Part shown: piece by piece, positions 26,914 to 29,806 of the stretch
How the letters are laid out: every line of letters begins with the position of its first letter
Numbering within the stretch: position 1 is the first letter of the stretch
Notes under the pieces: model-generated
Told to the model about the DNA's origin: nothing
Databases searched by the model: none
Seen by the model: the letters and a program-made list of their open reading frames with translations, nothing else
Origin: Candidatus Aminicenantes bacterium
GTDB lineage: Bacteria > Acidobacteriota > Aminicenantia > JAMOAD01
DNA: 29,806 nucleotides
Reading direction: 5' to 3'
Assembly: GCA_027070475.1 (NCBI GenBank)
Contig: JALXDT010000014.1
Coordinates: forward strand, 1 to 29,806
Program-made: the position numbers and the translations under genes

Positions 26914-27670
26914 GATAAAATTAAAGTCCAGGGAAATAGCTGAAATTTCTGTTTGTGCTCTTCAAATGGAAGAAATTTCTGATTATATCTTATCCTCAGA
27001 AAAGCAAATAGTTATTTCAACATTAAGTATGCCCATGCTTGGGGAAGTGAAAAAGAACATAGATTACAAAAAAGCTCTTAAAAATTCAGAGATAGTCTTG
27101 CCAGATGGTATAGGCATTGTTTTTCTTTCAAAAATTTTTAAAGGAAAACACTCCATTAAAAAAAGAATTACAGGACCAGATTTTTTTCTTTTTTTTAACA
27201 GAGTTGCCAACAAAGAGAAATTAAGCTATTTTTTTCTGGGTTCAACAGAGAAGACTCTTTCAAAAATTAAAGAAAGAATTGGACAAGAATGGCCGAATAT
27301 CAAAGTGTCGGGAGTTTTATCACCTCCCTTTGGCCAATGGACAGATGAAATTAACAATAAAATTATTGAAAATATAAATAGAGTAAATCCGGATGTTCTC
27401 TGGGTTGGAATGCCTGCACCAAAACAGGAAATTTGGGTTTTTAAGAACAGAGGAAGATTAACATCTAAAATAATAGCTTCAATAGGTGCTGCCTTTGATT
27501 TTTATGCAGGGACCAAAAAGAGAGCTCCTAAAATTTTTCAAAATTTAGGGCTTGAATGGTTATATAGAACAGCACAAGAGCCTGTAAGGATGGGAAAGCG
27601 TTACTTAAAAGGTCTTCCGGCTTTTATTTATTTTTCCTTTGAAGGATTTTGTAAAAGATTTAAAAAATAA
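26906..27670 (+). CDS. WecB/TagA/CpsF-family glycosyltransferase (GT26)
   Basis: LPDGIGIV, RITGPDF, FFLGS, PDVLWVGMPAPKQE.W, IGAAFDFYAG..KRAP, GLEWLYR..QEP.R. Confidence 0.93.
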   Translation: MNEIKLKSREIAEISVCALQMEEISDYILSSEKQIVISTLSMPMLGEVKKNIDYKKALKNSEIVLPDGIGIVFLSKIFKGKHSIKKRITGPDFFLFFNRVANKEKLSYFFLGSTEKTLSKIKERIGQEWPNIKVSGVLSPPFGQWTDEINNKIIENINRVNPDVLWVGMPAPKQEIWVFKNRGRLTSKIIASIGAAFDFYAGTKKRAPKIFQNLGLEWLYRTAQEPVRMGKRYLKGLPAFIYFSFEGFCKRFKK

Positions 27671-27697
27671 TATAATTTGGTTTTGAGAGGTTATGGA

Positions 27698-28201
27698 ATG
27701 GAAAAAATTACTAAGATTGAAGGAACAATAACAATCGTTGATGTTTTAATTGGAAAGGGAGTAAAATATTTTGGTTTTGTAAATCTGTATGGATGTGAAA
27801 TAGGAGATGAGACAAAGATCGGAACATTTGTTGAAATTCAAAAGGGTGCAAAAATAGGTAAAAGATGTAAAGTCTCTTCGCATACCTTTATTTGTGAAGG
27901 AGTGGTGATAGAGGATGAAGTTTTTATAGGGCATAATGTTACATTTATAAATGATAATTATCCTCGTTCTACAAATCTTGATGGAAGTATGCAGGGAGAG
28001 GAAGATTGGAATTTACTCAAAACAAAGGTTAAAAAGAGAGCGTCCATAGGCTCCAGCGCTACAATTCTTGGAGGAGTGACCATTGGTGAAGGGGCAATTG
28101 TAGGTGCAGGTGCTGTTGTGACAAAAGATGTTCCTCCTTATACAATTGTGGCAGGCTGCCCTGCTAAAATTATAAGAAGAATAGAAGATGATGAGATTTA
28201 G
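27698..28201 (+). CDS. Hexapeptide-repeat (LbH) nucleotide-sugar N-acetyltransferase, WbpD/WxcM-like; start placed at ATG 27698 (GAGAGG SD)
   Basis: [89 protein letters not shown]. Confidence 0.88.
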   Translation: MEKITKIEGTITIVDVLIGKGVKYFGFVNLYGCEIGDETKIGTFVEIQKGAKIGKRCKVSSHTFICEGVVIEDEVFIGHNVTFINDNYPRSTNLDGSMQGEEDWNLLKTKVKKRASIGSSATILGGVTIGEGAIVGAGAVVTKDVPPYTIVAGCPAKIIRRIEDDEI

Positions 28202-29579
28202 TAAACTTATACTATTTGTAACTGATTTAATATTTTATTTATTTATCTACATATTTTTAGTAAAGATATTAAAAAGACCTTATATTAATATTATTGCCCT
28301 ATTATTGTTTTCTATCTTTTTTCTTGTTTTTTTTTTTTTTTTTTTGTATGAAATTGAAATATTTTTTAACAGGCTTTTATATTTTTTAAAATTAATAAGG
28401 TCTAACTTCTATTCATTTGTCCTTTTTTGGGCTATCTGGTGGTTGGTCTTAAAATCTCAATGGCCAATAGCCTCCAGATTACTCATTCTTACAATCTTTT
28501 TGTTTTTTGGAATTATTTATACTTTTACTATTCGCTTGTTTTTGGGCGCATTTTTGTTGAAATGGGTTAACATTTATCTTCTTCTTTCTCCTAAGCACAA
28601 AAGATTGTACAGGGGAAAGCTTATGAAGTATGGGAAAAAGCCAGTTGAGTTGAAAACTTTTGAAGATGTAGAGGCAAAGGTTAAAAGCGGTATTCTTTTT
28701 GTAAGTTATTTCCCTTCGAATATGGTGAAAACAAGAGCTCAGATGTGGGAGGAATATTATTCTCAGCTTTTTGAGATTAAAAAAGCAATATTGGGAAGAA
28801 AGGTTAAGGTTCTATTTTTTAATATTTATAACCTTGAACTTGAGCTCGATTTTGCAAATGTATACTTAGGAGAAATACCATCTCTTGAAATAACACCCTC
28901 TTTGCATAAGCTTTATGTATCCTTTTTTAAAAGAGTTTTTGACCTTCTCTTTTTTCTTCTTCTCTTCCCTTTAACTATCATACTTCATCCTTTTATTTTC
29001 TTTTTTATCAAACTCAAATTGGGTTCTCCAGTTGTTTTTAAGCAGATAAGGATTAAAAAAGATTTACAAACTTTTTCTCTTTTCAAATATAGAACAATGA
29101 GAATTATTTCAGGAACGAAAGAAAATGATGTAGACGAAGTTCACCTGAACTATATAAAAACACTTTTATCCGAAGAGGAAAGTACAGAATTTATAGAAAA
29201 TGAGATCAATCCTGTGGAAAAAAAGCTTAGAAAGCTTAAAAATAGAGGCGAATTTGATCTTTTAGGTTTGTTTTTGAGAAAATTAAGTCTTGATGAATTA
29301 CCTCAGATTTTTAATGTTTTAAAAGGAGATATGTCTTTTGTTGGCCCAAGACCTGCTCTTCCCTATGAGGTCAAAATATATCCAACCTGGGCACTAAATA
29401 GATTTAATGTAGAGCAGGGAATTACAGGATTATGGCAGGTTTCAGGAAGAGGTGTGATGCCTCTTCATACCTCTTTGTTTCTTGATTGTTACTATTCCCT
29501 TGAACAATCCCCCTCCCTTGATCTCTTTATTTTTATAAAAACAATTGGTTCTATATTGAAAATTTCTAAAGTTTTTTAA
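28188..29579 (+). CDS. Priming phosphoglycosyltransferase (WbaP/WcaJ/CpsE-type sugar transferase)
   Basis: About 4 N-terminal TMs, cytoplasmic linker, KRVFDL plus membrane helix, [52 protein letters not shown]. Confidence 0.92.
   Translation: MMRFSKLILFVTDLIFYLFIYIFLVKILKRPYINIIALLLFSIFFLVFFFFFLYEIEIFFNRLLYFLKLIRSNFYSFVLFWAIWWLVLKSQWPIASRLLILTIFLFFGIIYTFTIRLFLGAFLLKWVNIYLLLSPKHKRLYRGKLMKYGKKPVELKTFEDVEAKVKSGILFVSYFPSNMVKTRAQMWEEYYSQLFEIKKAILGRKVKVLFFNIYNLELELDFANVYLGEIPSLEITPSLHKLYVSFFKRVFDLLFFLLLFPLTIILHPFIFFFIKLKLGSPVVFKQIRIKKDLQTFSLFKYRTMRIISGTKENDVDEVHLNYIKTLLSEEESTEFIENEINPVEKKLRKLKNRGEFDLLGLFLRKLSLDELPQIFNVLKGDMSFVGPRPALPYEVKIYPTWALNRFNVEQGITGLWQVSGRGVMPLHTSLFLDCYYSLEQSPSLDLFIFIKTIGSILKISKVF
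28327..28345 (+). repeat. T19 homopolymer inside the priming transferase gene (currently in frame; encodes VFFFFFL)
   Basis: ttcttgTTTTTTTTTTTTTTTTTTTgtatg; by eye about twice as long as any other run in the window (others up to about 10). Confidence 0.85.
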
Positions 29580-29806
29580 TTAAATTTTCTTCCAAGGAAG
29601 TTCGTTAGCTTTTATTTCTTTTTCCGGCACACCTATTTTTAGCATGGTGTTTTTTAAAGAAGTTTTTAAATCCACAGGATTCTGTTTATAAAGATTTAAA
29701 AGAGTGTAAAAAAGCTAAAGAATATTGGCAAAAAGCATTAGATAAATGGACATATATAGAAAGAGAACAAAATATAAATAATATAAAAGAAGCAATAACA
29801 AAAATA
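29580..29806 (-). other. Probable 3' end of a convergent gene running off the window, possibly frameshifted; reading ambiguous
   Basis: The minus frame LFYTLLNLYKQNPVDLKTSLKNTMLKIGVPEKEIKANELPWKKI* ends at TAA 29582-29580, abutting the transferase TAA. That frame is closed upstream by TAG (29717-29715), while another minus frame carries a TM-like segment. Confidence 0.3.

Noticed and set aside
4078-27697. ORF-track extended starts for mnmG (4078), parA (6472), kdsA (10793), acpS (22495) and the acetyltransferase (27677)
   Set aside because: Downstream ATGs give family-typical N-termini together with stop/start coupling or an SD; the extensions are non-homologous.
29589-29600. CTTCC-AA-GGAAG inverted repeat after the priming transferase as a terminator
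   Set aside because: 5-bp stem with a 2-nt loop and no adjacent U-tract; it probably lies within the convergent ORF.
1-29806. CRISPR arrays, IS elements or transposases, prophage genes, tRNA/rRNA, known anti-phage defence genes
   Set aside because: Almost every base is accounted for by recognisable CDS; no spaced direct repeats, terminal inverted repeats, integrase or transposase motifs, or cloverleaf sequences were seen.

Overview
This is an AT-rich, very compact bacterial chromosome segment from a diderm with Kdo-containing LPS. The K/E/I-rich proteins suggest a thermophile, but the lineage cannot be determined from this window. Four blocks are present. (1) 1-17712 (+): 19 co-directional genes with no gap over 11 nt. 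They comprise the classic origin-proximal cluster rnpA(partial)-yidD-yidC-jag-mnmE-mnmG-rsmG-parA-parB, then bactofilin, kdsB-pyrG-kdsA-kdsD, moaA-moaC, a beta-CASP metallo-beta-lactamase RNase, purM and a short TldD. (2) 17701-23799 (-): rmuC-acpS-btuF-like, then an MscS channel with a large N-terminal domain, DUF763 and AIM24. (3) 23842-29579 (+): moaD-moaE-glnA running directly into a surface-glycan locus (GT4, WecB/TagA, hexapeptide N-acetyltransferase, priming phosphoglycosyltransferase). (4) An ambiguous convergent ORF end at the right edge. Three items the ORF track misses or cannot show are rnpA, a perfect parS palindrome encoded by the last codons of rsmG just before parA, and the true 5' end of the GT4 gene, which is out of frame at an A10 run. 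The priming transferase carries an in-frame T19 run. The two runs suggest a homopolymer-switched glycan locus, but homopolymer assembly error cannot be excluded. No rRNA, tRNA, CRISPR array or mobile element was seen.
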